The notes beneath the pieces were generated by a model. That model was not told the origin of the DNA, ran no database searches, and saw nothing but the letters and a program-made list of their open reading frames with translations. From the NCBI GenBank assembly GCA_002811645.1, contig PDIP01000030.1, forward strand, positions 152,383 through 216,382: a stretch of DNA of 64,000 bases, written 5' to 3'. This stretch comes from Corallochytrium limacisporum Hawaii (Eukaryota > Protista > Pluriformea). The position numbers were made by a program, and so were the translations under genes. Positions 33,317 through 44,700 of this stretch are shown here, in pieces; position 1 is the first letter of the stretch; each line of letters starts with the position of its first letter.

Positions 33317-35119
33317 ATGGGAGTTTCTCAGCAAGGAGATCCGTTTGCTGCAGGTGGAATTTTTGCGGGTGCAGACCAAAATAAACAGCAGCCAACGTTA
33401 CCACAGACTGCACAGGCGCCAGACATTAACTTGGCAGGGAGGAGTGCACAAGGCGAAGCACTGGGACAAATCCTATTGTCACAACTGCAAGGAACCATGG
33501 GATCTACAGGAACACAACCGCAACAGCAACCTCCGACAGTACCAGCACCATACTCACACTATCCAGTGCCATCGCACGGACCTCCCATGCCGGGATATAT
33601 GCCATCCCCTGGAATGATGCCAGTGCAACACCCTATGATGCAGTATGGGACTCAACCTCTGCAACAAACAGTACCACAACAACAACCACCACTGGCGACG
33701 GGATTAAAGGAGGAATCTATTTTTGATGCGCTCGCCGGGATCGTCAACGACGCGAACAAAGTCAAGACGACTTCAGCTCCGATCCAAAGTATGCAGCCGC
33801 ATCATTATCCTGGCACGCCGCCTGTACCGCAAGGGCAGATGCAACCGCAGATCGTCCCACAACTGCCTGGGAGCCCTGTTTCTAAAAATTTAATGGGAGA
33901 TTTACAAAGCATTGTCAATGATGTAAACCAGAGGTCTGGGACGCCTACGGGTACCGGTGAGAAGAAGCACAAGGCAATTTTCCAGGATCTAAGTTCACGC
34001 TTTATTATGAACATCCCGTCAGAGGATCGGTCTGATTTCAATCGTATATTCTTCCAGATTGAGTTGGCTCACTGGTTCTATATTGATAACTACTGTGAGT
34101 CGGACACGAGCCTCAAGCGCATGAAGCTAAAACCCTTTGTAGACAAAATGTTTTCGGTCTGCCCCTTGTTGCAGCCGTTTATTAAGGAAGCTACAAAGCT
34201 GTACGAAGAATGGCGGGAGTACAAGTTCCAGGTTCCTGTCTACGGTGCCATCATTCTCACGCCTACACTGGACAAATGTCTTATGGTACAGGGTATGAAC
34301 AAGGGTAGCACGTGGGGGTTTCCTCGAGGCAAGGTGAATCAGGATGAGGCTCCGGAGGCGTGTGCCATTCGTGAGGTGTACGAAGAAGTTGGCTTCGACA
34401 TTACGCCGTACCTCAACAAAGATGACTATATTGACCACATTTCACCGCAGGGTAGGTTCAGTCGCCTCTACATTGTGGCGGGAGTTCCAGAAAGCCAGGG
34501 CTTTGCGACCCAAACGCGTTACGAAATTGGTGACATCAAGTGGCACTACGTTGATGGTCTACCTGATGCTATGAGTAAGCACGCCAATGCCAACTCTGTG
34601 TATTTCATGGCTCTTCCGTTTGTGCGGCCCCTGAAAAAGTGGATCAAGAAACAGCTCAAGGCCCTTGACGACGATGACCAGTCAACAGAAAAGAAGAAAA
34701 AGAAAGGCAAGAAGGGCAAGAAAGGCGACAAGCAGAAGCAACAGACTTCATCCGATAGCAACGATGCTGAACTTAATGAGCAGCTCGGTGATGTCAGGAA
34801 CGCTTTGACAGTCGATCAGGTAGAAAATGGCGTGTGGCAGCAGAGGGAAGACCCGCTTGCCAAACTGTACGGTGACGAAACGCAGAAAGAGGTTATGGTT
34901 GAGCGTGATGATGATGGCGAGACCACAGTCCATACGAGTACGGATTCTAAGGTAAAGCTCCGAATTTTGAAACGTGGAGAGACATTGACTCGTGCGAATG
35001 ATGCCTTCAACAGGCAGGCCACTTCAGGCTTGCAGTTCAAAGGTTTTAATGGTTTCATGTTTGACCGTTTCCGTCTGTTATCTTGCATGAAGAGCAGCAT
35101 GCCTGCATTGAAGAGATAA
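33317..35119 (+). CDS. DCP2: mRNA decapping enzyme Dcp2
   Basis: Box A (DLSSRFIMNIP...FFQIELAHWFYIDNY) and Nudix box WGFPRGKVNQDEAPEACAIREVYEEVG, after a long Q/P-rich N-terminal extension. Confidence 0.95.
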   Translation: MGVSQQGDPFAAGGIFAGADQNKQQPTLPQTAQAPDINLAGRSAQGEALGQILLSQLQGTMGSTGTQPQQQPPTVPAPYSHYPVPSHGPPMPGYMPSPGMMPVQHPMMQYGTQPLQQTVPQQQPPLATGLKEESIFDALAGIVNDANKVKTTSAPIQSMQPHHYPGTPPVPQGQMQPQIVPQLPGSPVSKNLMGDLQSIVNDVNQRSGTPTGTGEKKHKAIFQDLSSRFIMNIPSEDRSDFNRIFFQIELAHWFYIDNYCESDTSLKRMKLKPFVDKMFSVCPLLQPFIKEATKLYEEWREYKFQVPVYGAIILTPTLDKCLMVQGMNKGSTWGFPRGKVNQDEAPEACAIREVYEEVGFDITPYLNKDDYIDHISPQGRFSRLYIVAGVPESQGFATQTRYEIGDIKWHYVDGLPDAMSKHANANSVYFMALPFVRPLKKWIKKQLKALDDDDQSTEKKKKKGKKGKKGDKQKQQTSSDSNDAELNEQLGDVRNALTVDQVENGVWQQREDPLAKLYGDETQKEVMVERDDDGETTVHTSTDSKVKLRILKRGETLTRANDAFNRQATSGLQFKGFNGFMFDRFRLLSCMKSSMPALKR

Positions 35120-35172
35120 ATAGTTAAGCATTTCCATGTGTTTATTATCCGTTTAAAGGCTTGTATGGTGTC

Positions 35173-35895
35173 CTATCCGTCCAGAGCACCATTTCGTAGC
35201 GCTGCCAGTGCAGCTTCTGCCGCAGAACGCTCTGCAGTCCCGCTGCCATTAGCAGAGTCGCCTTGAATGGCATCAGGGCTATTTGAATCGTCATCTGTTG
35301 GTTTAGAAGTTACGATATCGTCAATCCGTCTAAGGAAGTTTTCCCGCTGCTGAAGCTCATCGTCACTGATCGTCAGTATACTTCCACATTCCTTGAGGTC
35401 CTCTCTGGCCTGCTCAATTGCCTTTCGCATGGCCTCAATATCCCTAGTGCGACGAAGAGTTTGTAATTTTGCCATACTGATAACTGTCTCTTCAGCCTGA
35501 TGCAACCGGTATTCGTTTGCTGTGTACTGGCCATTCACAAACAGTTGCTCAAGCTCAGCAATGCGTTCTTGCACGTCCAAATGCTGCGGATCCGTGTCGC
35601 TTCCAATTGTTTGCAGGATTTCAAGATACTTTAGCATTATGCTCAAAGTAACTTTCTTGAGTCTCAAACGTTTGTCGATCTTAGCGGCTGTGTCATCGTC
35701 ATATACACTTTCTCCTCCAATGGCTTCCAAGCTCTCGATAAATGTTGAAGATTTGCCTGTGACAAAGATTGGCCGTCCAAATACCATAACCTTTTCCGTT
35801 GGGAACGCAGGTGGAATAGGCCAATCGTCGTCATCTTCACTAGTAAACTGTTCAAAGAACTGAGGTGGCGGCGGAAACGCTTCCCGCTGTGTCAT
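35173..35895 (-). CDS. MED7: Mediator complex subunit 7
   Basis: AFPPPPQFFEQFT, PIPP...VMVFG, SIMLKYLEIL, LFVNGQYTANEYRLHQAEET. ATG at 35895. Confidence 0.88.
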   Translation of the reverse strand: MTQREAFPPPPQFFEQFTSEDDDDWPIPPAFPTEKVMVFGRPIFVTGKSSTFIESLEAIGGESVYDDDTAAKIDKRLRLKKVTLSIMLKYLEILQTIGSDTDPQHLDVQERIAELEQLFVNGQYTANEYRLHQAEETVISMAKLQTLRRTRDIEAMRKAIEQAREDLKECGSILTISDDELQQRENFLRRIDDIVTSKPTDDDSNSPDAIQGDSANGSGTAERSAAEAALAALRNGALDG

Positions 35896-36546
35896 CGTTG
35901 TGTTATTTGATTTACAATGTGTTGAACTAGCCTCACATCTCCAATGAACTCGAAACAAACTGCAAAGGTCTTGTAAATGTGAAACACCATAAAAAAGGGG
36001 ACTTGCCGTTCCCAGTTCTTTACGTTCACATTATCTCAACCACGTATTTCTTGTTGCGCTTTGCAGAGCATCTCGCGCTTGAAATAGCCAGTGGTGTCGT
36101 CCAGGCGCCGAGGGGGGCCATAATTCGGCGGGAGAGACTCCCAAGTGGGCCGGGGACCCCGCCGGAAAGAGACTCCCCCGCTCTCCCCCGCTCTCCCCCC
36201 CCCTGGGGGGGGGGGCGGTGCTAAAGGGGGGAAGCCAGGAATTGATGGATTTGACGGTGGCTGGCGAGCTCGGACGGACTGAGAGAGGACTCGGTGACCT
36301 GGACGAGGAGAGTGCAAAGTCTGCTACTTTTGAGATCCTTAGCGAACTAGAATCTATCTGTGGAAGCGATCGCTTAAGCGGTGTACATTTGTAGATGTCA
36401 TTCATGGTTTTTTTGGGATGAATTATCCCAACGGATTCGCATCAACCTCTCTCGTGTCCAACGGGATCGAACTCACACGAGTGTGCAAGGGAGCGCACAC
36501 GATTGTCAGCTTTCAGACAGATGGGCACTATAGTTCACACAGATAG

Positions 36547-37090
36547 ATGAAACACTCTTCTCGGGGAAACTTTAATGTAGATAACCTGCGGCGCCTTGTC
36601 CTGCGGACTAAGGTGGTGATCTATGGGAATGCTATGAGCGGGAAGAGTGCACTGCTAGGTGCCTTGGTCGATGGGAACAGAGACATAAGCAAGGCCTACA
36701 ACATGACAACTGGCATCGCCTACAAGATATGGACAGGACAGTGTGGGGATAAGAACGATGTTACTTGTGAGAACCACTTCTACGACTGTTCAGGACAGGA
36801 AATGTATCTAGAGTTGGTGGGAACGGATTGGTCAACATGCCGATGTCTTGCTGCTGGTGTGTGATCTGACGAACCCGACGTCCTTTGAAGACGCTGAACA
36901 ATGGCTGGGACTCTTTCAGCAGAAGTCTGGACTGCAGGTCAGTGATTTAACATGTGGAATTCTTCTCGGGAACAAGGCTTACCAGACCAACTGCGCAGGA
37001 AAAATAAGGCCCCCGTTTGTCGTTACCGAACTCAGGTGCTGCTCGGTAGTCCAGGTAGCAGACGACGAGGGAAACTCAAGGGGCTGGTAG
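36547..37090 (+). pseudogene. IFT27: IFT27/RABL4 (intraflagellar transport small GTPase), frameshifted
   Basis: LRTKVVIYGNAMSGKS...KAYNMTTG...FYDCSGQEMY continues in another frame as ADVLLLVCDLTNPTSFEDAEQWL...GILLGNK. One extra base at 36832-36838 and a second apparent frameshift at about 36978. Confidence 0.8.
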
Positions 37091-37651
37091 TGAACGAACC
37101 GAACTCCCAACCTGCCCCACATTTCAACACTCCCGATGGCGAGTGATAATGCAATCAAGAGGCGGGGTGGCAAGGTGGTATTACAAAGATAAAAGTATAT
37201 AAAAAGAGTTTTTGAATTTACTTAACGAATTTGTCTGAGGCCAGCGCCGCGGGGAGGGGTGTGGGGGGAGGGGAGGGAGATGAGGGTAGGCGAAAGTGCC
37301 GAGACCCCCACCAGTGTATGGGCAGTTACAACATGGAACGGGGAATTCATTTAGTATTGAGAATCTCCCTCTTCCGCAGCGGAGAGTTTGTTCACGCGAT
37401 CTTCTGTGCCTCCCTCACATAGAAGCAAGTGTGAGGGCTCCAACGTACCTTTTGCCGCTGTGTGAAGCCCATCTATTCACAAAGTGAGCGAAGGGGAGAG
37501 GCGAAGAGGGCGGGTGAAAAACGGAGAAGGCCATCAGGCTAAAGCTGGACAACAGGCGAGGGTGAGGATTCATGATCATGATCGTCGAAATCTCGACGTG
37601 GTGGATAGTATGCATGTAATGTTATGGATTTACGGAATGTCAGTGGCTTAT

Positions 37652-38704
37652 TCAGATATGCATGGAATCAGGGTCCAGTGAGGACACTGAACGAGTGCTT
37701 TGATCTTCGCTACCGTCAAGGCTAGGGCGCAAGGGTAGATCCAACAGGACTGCCTGCTGAGTCGGCTGGTAATGCAAAGTGCACGTTGATGCATTCACGT
37801 ACTGCGTGATGCCATCAGTTGTGATGCCAAAGCCTTCATGGATGTGGCCAAATATGTGATACTTGGGCTGGATATGCTTCTGAACATGCTCCAGCAATTC
37901 AACATCACCAGCGCGTGCACCTGACCTGCAGAGATCGCCGTGTCCAATTGGAGGGGTGTGAGTGATGAGCACGTCGGTATCCGCCGGGATCATGTTCCAC
38001 TTTGCCTGCAAAGTGTCGCCACGGTTCATACCAAAGGCCCAGTCACCAAAACGGGGCTGCCAAGGAGTGCCATAGAATTTATATCCTTCAATGGTCACTG
38101 CCTGGTCCTCCAAATAAAGGGCATTATTGAAGTACTGTTTTACCTCCTGCGGATTAGTGTAGTATGCGTGGTTGAACCTTTTCCACAGCCGATCATAGCT
38201 GGTATGGTCCAAAGACAAGTCATGGTTACCTGCAATAACAATTTTGTACTTGTGTGGCAGTGTTCCCAAAAACTCATCAAACTGGCGGACCTCAAAGGGT
38301 GCTCCCGTGTTGCTGAAGTCACCAGCGTGAATCAAAACATCTCCGTCAGGAACTTCCAAGTTTGAATGTCTCGAATGGGTATCCGAAATGCACACAATGC
38401 GCAAATGTCCCGGCTTCCGTGGGGTATTGGGAGGCAACAGTTCAATCTTATCCACCCGCTGACTCTTCTTCATTTGCTCCCATTTCTGCGTAGGCCCTTG
38501 CGATTGCAAGGGAATCGAGGACTGCATGCCATGTGCATGAGGCCTGGCAGTTGACGTCGTGTGAGCCTGCATATGTGTTGAGTTCAGATTGAACGGCATG
38601 AAACGCCTTGACTGGGTACTACTGGGAGGTGGCGCATTGTTCGGACATGTGTTCCCGTAACTGTGATAGGCATGGGCACTGCCCGGGTTGGCTGCTCTCA
38701 TCAT
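37652..38704 (-). CDS. Metallophosphoesterase (MPPED1/2, 239FB-like)
   Basis: IVCISDTH, IHAGDFS, IAGNHD, LITHTPP and HIFGHIHEG. First ATG at 38704. Confidence 0.92.
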   Translation of the reverse strand: MMRAANPGSAHAYHSYGNTCPNNAPPPSSTQSRRFMPFNLNSTHMQAHTTSTARPHAHGMQSSIPLQSQGPTQKWEQMKKSQRVDKIELLPPNTPRKPGHLRIVCISDTHSRHSNLEVPDGDVLIHAGDFSNTGAPFEVRQFDEFLGTLPHKYKIVIAGNHDLSLDHTSYDRLWKRFNHAYYTNPQEVKQYFNNALYLEDQAVTIEGYKFYGTPWQPRFGDWAFGMNRGDTLQAKWNMIPADTDVLITHTPPIGHGDLCRSGARAGDVELLEHVQKHIQPKYHIFGHIHEGFGITTDGITQYVNASTCTLHYQPTQQAVLLDLPLRPSLDGSEDQSTRSVSSLDPDSMHI

Positions 38705-41700
38705 TTTGTGTTCTTGTGTATACTCTTGCAAAATAGTCGCTAGAGTTCAAATAAAAACGATTTCTTCTTTAAACCTCTATAAACTGTACACTATCATGTT
38801 GTTTGCTTTTTCGTTTCTCTATTCTGTCTCGTTGATTTAAATCTAGTGATAATGATCGTATTATCATTACAATAAATTATAGACTGTTTCCTGCAAATAC
38901 CTGAGCGTATTTAAAGACAGCTTTCTTCGCACGAGAAGGAGTGAATGGACTATCTGCCCGATGCAGCCACGACCCCAAACACAGTGTAGAGACACATACC
39001 ACAGATAGATCTCCAACTATCACCAACTAAAAATGGGGGTGAAAAGACGAGCCCACCGCGATGTCCCTGTGCTACTGTGTAGTGCGTTCTTCAACAGAAT
39101 TGAACCAACAATGCTCAAAACCGCCACCATATCGCCGCGTTTGGATTAGGGACACTCCCTCGCTTCTGTGTTCTATGCCCACCTCCAGTCAATATAAAAT
39201 CAAGGATGCGGGAGGTTGGGGGAGTTGGGTGGGGTGGTGGTGGTGCGGGGACGTATGGTCTCAGCACCCCGCACCCCGTTTCCATTCGCATGCCCTCCCC
39301 CCAAAATTCACTGATTGTGTAGGACCAGAACTGTGCTTCTGGGGGCTGAGGTGCAGCAAATCGTCAACACCAGCTCCTCAACTCTCGGCTTTCCCCTCCC
39401 GCATGCTTCAAATGGAACATATATACTAGCGCGGCCGGAAGAAATTAGTTGTCGAAGCATGGGCCTGTCATGCCTTGGACAAAAAGCGAAGACGTGACGA
39501 ACAGGGAACACACTCTTCCCATCTCACAATTGAGTGTTGCGAGGTGCTTTAGGGTCACGGGGCCCACACCGTTTGCGTCCTCTTCCCGTATGCTTTTAGT
39601 CACGCTCGTTCACTATGTCTTGCAATCATGCTGAAGGTACTCTACACGACGCAGCCGCAGGCAGCACTGTTCGAGCATACGACCACTTTCATTCTCCCTC
39701 TCCCCACCCTTTCCATTCATCTCTTCATCTCTATCTCTCGTGCTCGCCGCCCCTCTTTTCTCACCCTTCCTCTCTATCGCGCTCTCTAAGCAATCTTATT
39801 CGTTCGCTGCTCCTACAATTTTCCCCATAGGAAATTGTCCATGGAAGAGGGGACATGAAACTGCGAATCGTTTACAATGAGGAAATTTTCACAGTTGCTA
39901 ACACCTCCACTCGGTTCGTTTCCCTTCGCTGTCTATTTGACATGGACCAAACCACCCAACCAAATCCTCCTAGCGTTATCTCTAATGGGGACATAGACAC
40001 CCATCACAATATCACTATTCTTCCCGTACTCCATTTAAAGGCCTCTGATAAGATCCCTACTGAAAATATGGAAAGGGAGAAACTAAGATCTTTGGAGACC
40101 TCTTATAGTGTTTCCCAGTGGTGCATGAAATAAATGACGAAGCTCCGTTACACTGTATTTGTCGCACTTGTAGGTGCACTTAGTCGGGGAAACATAGAGA
40201 TGAACTGCTTCTTTGCATGCGTTCTACCTTTCCCCAAACTGGTCTGATTGTCAGTCACAGGAGCGCATACGTTGGCTGCAGGGACTGCGGTAAAGCAACG
40301 ATACCAGCCGCACCAGGGGGCGCCGAAGAGCAGCAGGATTGTGACAGCAAGCAGCTAGGTGAGTATCAGTAGATGGACATGGTTACATGCGCTCGCGGAC
40401 CTCCCACCCCCCTGCAACAATGTTAGTGAATCATTGACGTTGGTACACTTTATGTGTTGACAATTTACTTTTGCTGCCGTCGACGATTGCACCGACCACA
40501 ACGGAACAACAGACTCGTGGGCATTACGAAATGATCATGAAAATTTTCTCTCGATTTTGTACTTTATTTCAAGAGGTACCATACCTGGACTTAACTGGTG
40601 CCGCTCTCGAGCTAACCTAAAGAAAATATTTTTTCCATCCAACCTCTACTTTCCCGAATGAGGTTTGTGTGGGGTCTAAATGGGAACACCACAGCAACAG
40701 TTCTGTCGAGGTTGTTCTTTGCTGTTGGCACTTGCGCCTATTGCCCAAGACCGCCGGCACCAACCTTGGCGTCTTTACCTCCGTTTCTCCCATAGAATCG
40801 GATTCTTATACCATGAAAGCGGAACTCATCGGGTGGGGAAAAATTAACGTCGCCGTCCTATAGTGATCTCACCTCCTCCACGTCTCTGTGTGTTGCTCCG
40901 ATATGTTAGAGAGCCTTTCAACTCTGGACCAGAGTAAACCTCGTGTTCGTCACATCTCGGCGGCAATTTTCACAGTAATTGCAGTTTGTTTCCCGAAAAC
41001 ATTGGTGAACCCCACGTAAACCTGTAAGGTGTGGAGGAAACCCACCGCATTCCTGGTTGGTGTTGGCGGCTCGCCTACGGATTCTTCAATTTTTCGACGT
41101 ATCGTAGTTGTACGTAGTGGTGCTAAATGGTATGGTAACAGATATTAGAAACGGTATGTTCAATATGGTATTGAGCCATGCTTAGAATGGTGGAGGTGGG
41201 TGGGGAAGAAGGGATGCGTTGAATGAAATGCACACGCCCCGCACAGGCTGTCCGCAATTTGGGAAGGAGGGAGAGGGGCGCAAGCACCGCTCTGGTAAAG
41301 TTTTTCACCTGATCAGTATCTAGTAATATCGGGCACCCTGAATTCACTACGGGGCATGTGCCGCGGTTTACACAAATTCAATCAATCCCAGAGAGCATTC
41401 TTGTGTTGATCAATCTGTCACATGGGACCTCTTCGAAACATATTCATTCGGTTTCTACATGTGGAAAGCAATCCTCTTCGCCCACCATCGCTATACCTAA
41501 TACATTCTCCATCTGCTAGCTAGGAAACGGAAAACTAAAACTAGGACTCCAGCCCTGTGTGTAAATGCCAAAACCGTTCGAGAAATGCTTCTGGAATCAT
41601 TGATCAACTTCCCACTACGGCGGAGGCCCATGTGTGCATTCCGCTTGAGTTTACCTTCTACTTTACCTGTCGATTGCTCCCATACTGGGCGTATATTGCA

Positions 41701-44700
41701 CAGAAAACAGGACGAGGGACGGATGAGTAGATTTAAAGATTGACAGACTAGTGGGAAGAACAGAGAGGAAGGAAGACCGCGTGTGCTGGAGAAAGGTAAG
41801 AGGCAGATAGGAGAAGTTCACAATTCTCCACAATTGAACAAGTTTCTACACTTAACAATCCCGTTCTTCCAGAAATGGTTGTTGAGCAGGACCATTCTGT
41901 AGCAGCAGTTTACCTTAGACAGATGAAGTAGAGGAAATCCCCATGAATATGCAGGAACTGAGGGGTGAGCCCATGTCCAAAACATGTCCTTAAGGATGGA
42001 AAAAAATAAATTTTCTCAGGCTGCCAAAAAAAAAAAGGAACAGGAAGGTTGGTAACCAAGAAGACCTCACATATATATATGGATCGCGCAGTGGAAGCGG
42101 AGTAGCAAACGGGCCGATGAAATGAGGTTATCTAGATACATACAACATTGGATCCGTTGGTTCGGCTGCACTGCAGTTCTCAGCCACACAGATTACAGGA
42201 CATAGATGGCTAGGTAGGGTTAGGTTTTGTACTATAATTCACACTATTTATATACAAACTGAATCGGGAACTGAAGAAGATCTCGTTTACATGCACCCTA
42301 GTAGGGACACAAAATCATCAGAAGTTGTTTCTGTTATTTGTGCTCGACATCTCGCTCCAGTGTCAGTTTTTTAACAACTCCTTGCTTAACCATTAGGTCT
42401 CTCCAGGAAATGATAATTTGGACACGGTCTCAAACTTTTTGCCCTGGTGGTGTTGCCGTCGGGCTCGTGGCTGCGGCCCTGCAACTCTTTACCCACTGCT
42501 ACCTGGTGTTCAATTTTCCGTTCCATTCATACGGTACATAAATGGTGTGGTGATGTCCACTTCCCTTGGCTCTGGTTGTTCTACAGAGCGAGGCCACTAG
42601 GCAACTCAACGAAAGCGATAATGGATGACAGCCGGGGACCTAGCACCAATGTTGGCACATTCTTTCGGACAATTGTCTATCTTCAGTAAGCCGAACTGAC
42701 GGCCAGTTTTTTCTCAAGCAGGACGAAAGGTATTTCAACACCAAAGCATTGAATATACTCTCTTCCACACCTTTCCCGCTCGTTGCAACATAAGTCCGAA
42801 AGTGTTGACACAGGCAGAAAATTATGACATTCATGTCACACTAAAATGTGGTCAGTACTGGAGTCTCGCAACCATATGCACTCATTTGGTCTCTCTTGCA
42901 CCCGGCGGATTCATTGTAAACACAGCCTCCTTCTCTCCCCCGTGCTTCTGAGGCATAAACTGTTTGCAGGTAATGAGCAAGTGAGAACCCCGGCTGGCAT
43001 TGGTGGGCGACACCTGTATGTGGCTAGCCTGCAGCAATATTTTCTTCATCCTCGTTCACGCTTCCTGGTCAATCCTGAAGAAAGTCCGCCTCTGCTCTAC
43101 GATTTGGGTGCGTAATGAGACCTCTACATCTTGACGAGATACCTGGAAAATGTGGAACAGCGGAGGGGGACTCGCCTGGTCCCTCGAGTTTCCTTTCTTG
43201 CTTTTGCCTTGGTGGGCTCATGGGTTTGGTGGGGTGTCGTCTTCAATCGTTTGCGTTGTTTTCCCGCGCGATGGGAATCATATATCAACACAATCAACAA
43301 CACCGATGAAGGAATTACATCGCCCTTGTTCCCAATCCAATACGTTCCTCTCTGATGTGCAAAGACTTTATGTTTGTTTGCGGGCAATGTTGATAAGAGA
43401 CGCGAAAAGGCCTAAGACACACCAGCACAAAGGTAAACCAATCGCGGTTTCCCCTTGCGTGCGGCGGCAATTAATGGATGCCAGTGTGTCGGTGGAGCTT
43501 TGCATGAAGTCACCCACCCCTTGTACAGTCACTATGTGGTTGTGTAAGTATTGATCGCCCTCCGGCTTTTTCATCGGCGTGCTTTCAAAGGCGGTAAGGA
43601 GGACCGCGTGTTCGTCTGCCCGCGTTCTTGGGGACCTTTCTGAGCTCTCTTCTCGACACTTCCAAGACGACGGTGAACAACAGGACTTGATTTTGAGGTA
43701 CCACAAATGACAGAAGTGCGCTATGCTTGCGGAAAAGAGGTATGCGTTACACGAGAAAGCAAAACAATCAACTAGGATGAGCGACAACCACACCAACCAT
43801 TCACAACAATTGTAAGAATGGGTATGTCCCCGCCCTCAACATTTCTGTTTATGTTCGTGTCACATATAGAACGGACGGTTGAACCCATTAGTAACCCGAC
43901 CCTGCAAGAGACATTTCACCTAGCAGTTCCTGAGTGCAAGGATTATATGTTTACAGCAGGAAGTGCGGCGTTGCAAGTCGAGAACCCTGGTGTATGATGG
44001 TGACGACGCAGTCTTCCGTTCAGTTTCTGTTCGGGAGCATCAACCTCAACTCACGGTCGTCAACCCACTCATGTATTACTTGCTTCCCTCAATCGTGCGA
44101 TGAAGCCGGGCAGCTCCCTTCGGCGGCTCAGTATTGGCCATCTGAGGGTTCTGTGATTCACAGCTCGAGCTCCACAAAAAAAATTCTTTCGCTTTGTTTC
44201 GGGTCTGTACTCGAAATTCCATAGTCAGTTTCCGCGAGTCCTAGTATGCTGTCAAACTGTTCGCCAAGTTTCCCTCAAACTCAAAGACCGCAAAGAGGAA
44301 CTCAATATAGAGCACACCAATTTACTTGCGCACAGTAGCTCAATAGTTCGGGGAAAAGATGAAACGCGTGAAAAAAAAAGAATTGAGACATGGCGAGGTG
44401 CATTCTATTGCGGTCCCTATTAATCGCCCAGCTCAGGCTTTAGATTTTCTTCTACAACAATTCTGAGGATTTGGATTACTGTAATTGTATGGAAAATTGC
44501 GTAGGCGCCACGAAGAGTCTCGATGGAGGAGGTAGGCCTCCCAACTCCTCCCTCGCACCATCCTTTTCTGTGGGCGCCTAATGTGACCTCTGCCCGTCCT
44601 GCGCAGATGTAGGCGCGTATCAATCTCGCAGGATTTTACCAACTGCCGAATATGGATCCCGCGCCACCCCATATAAAATGTACTGTTCACCAGTAGGAAG

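Noticed and set aside
36800-36990. Tiny introns as an explanation for the IFT27 frameshifts
   Set aside because: I found no GT...AG pair that restores the frame without removing conserved residues.
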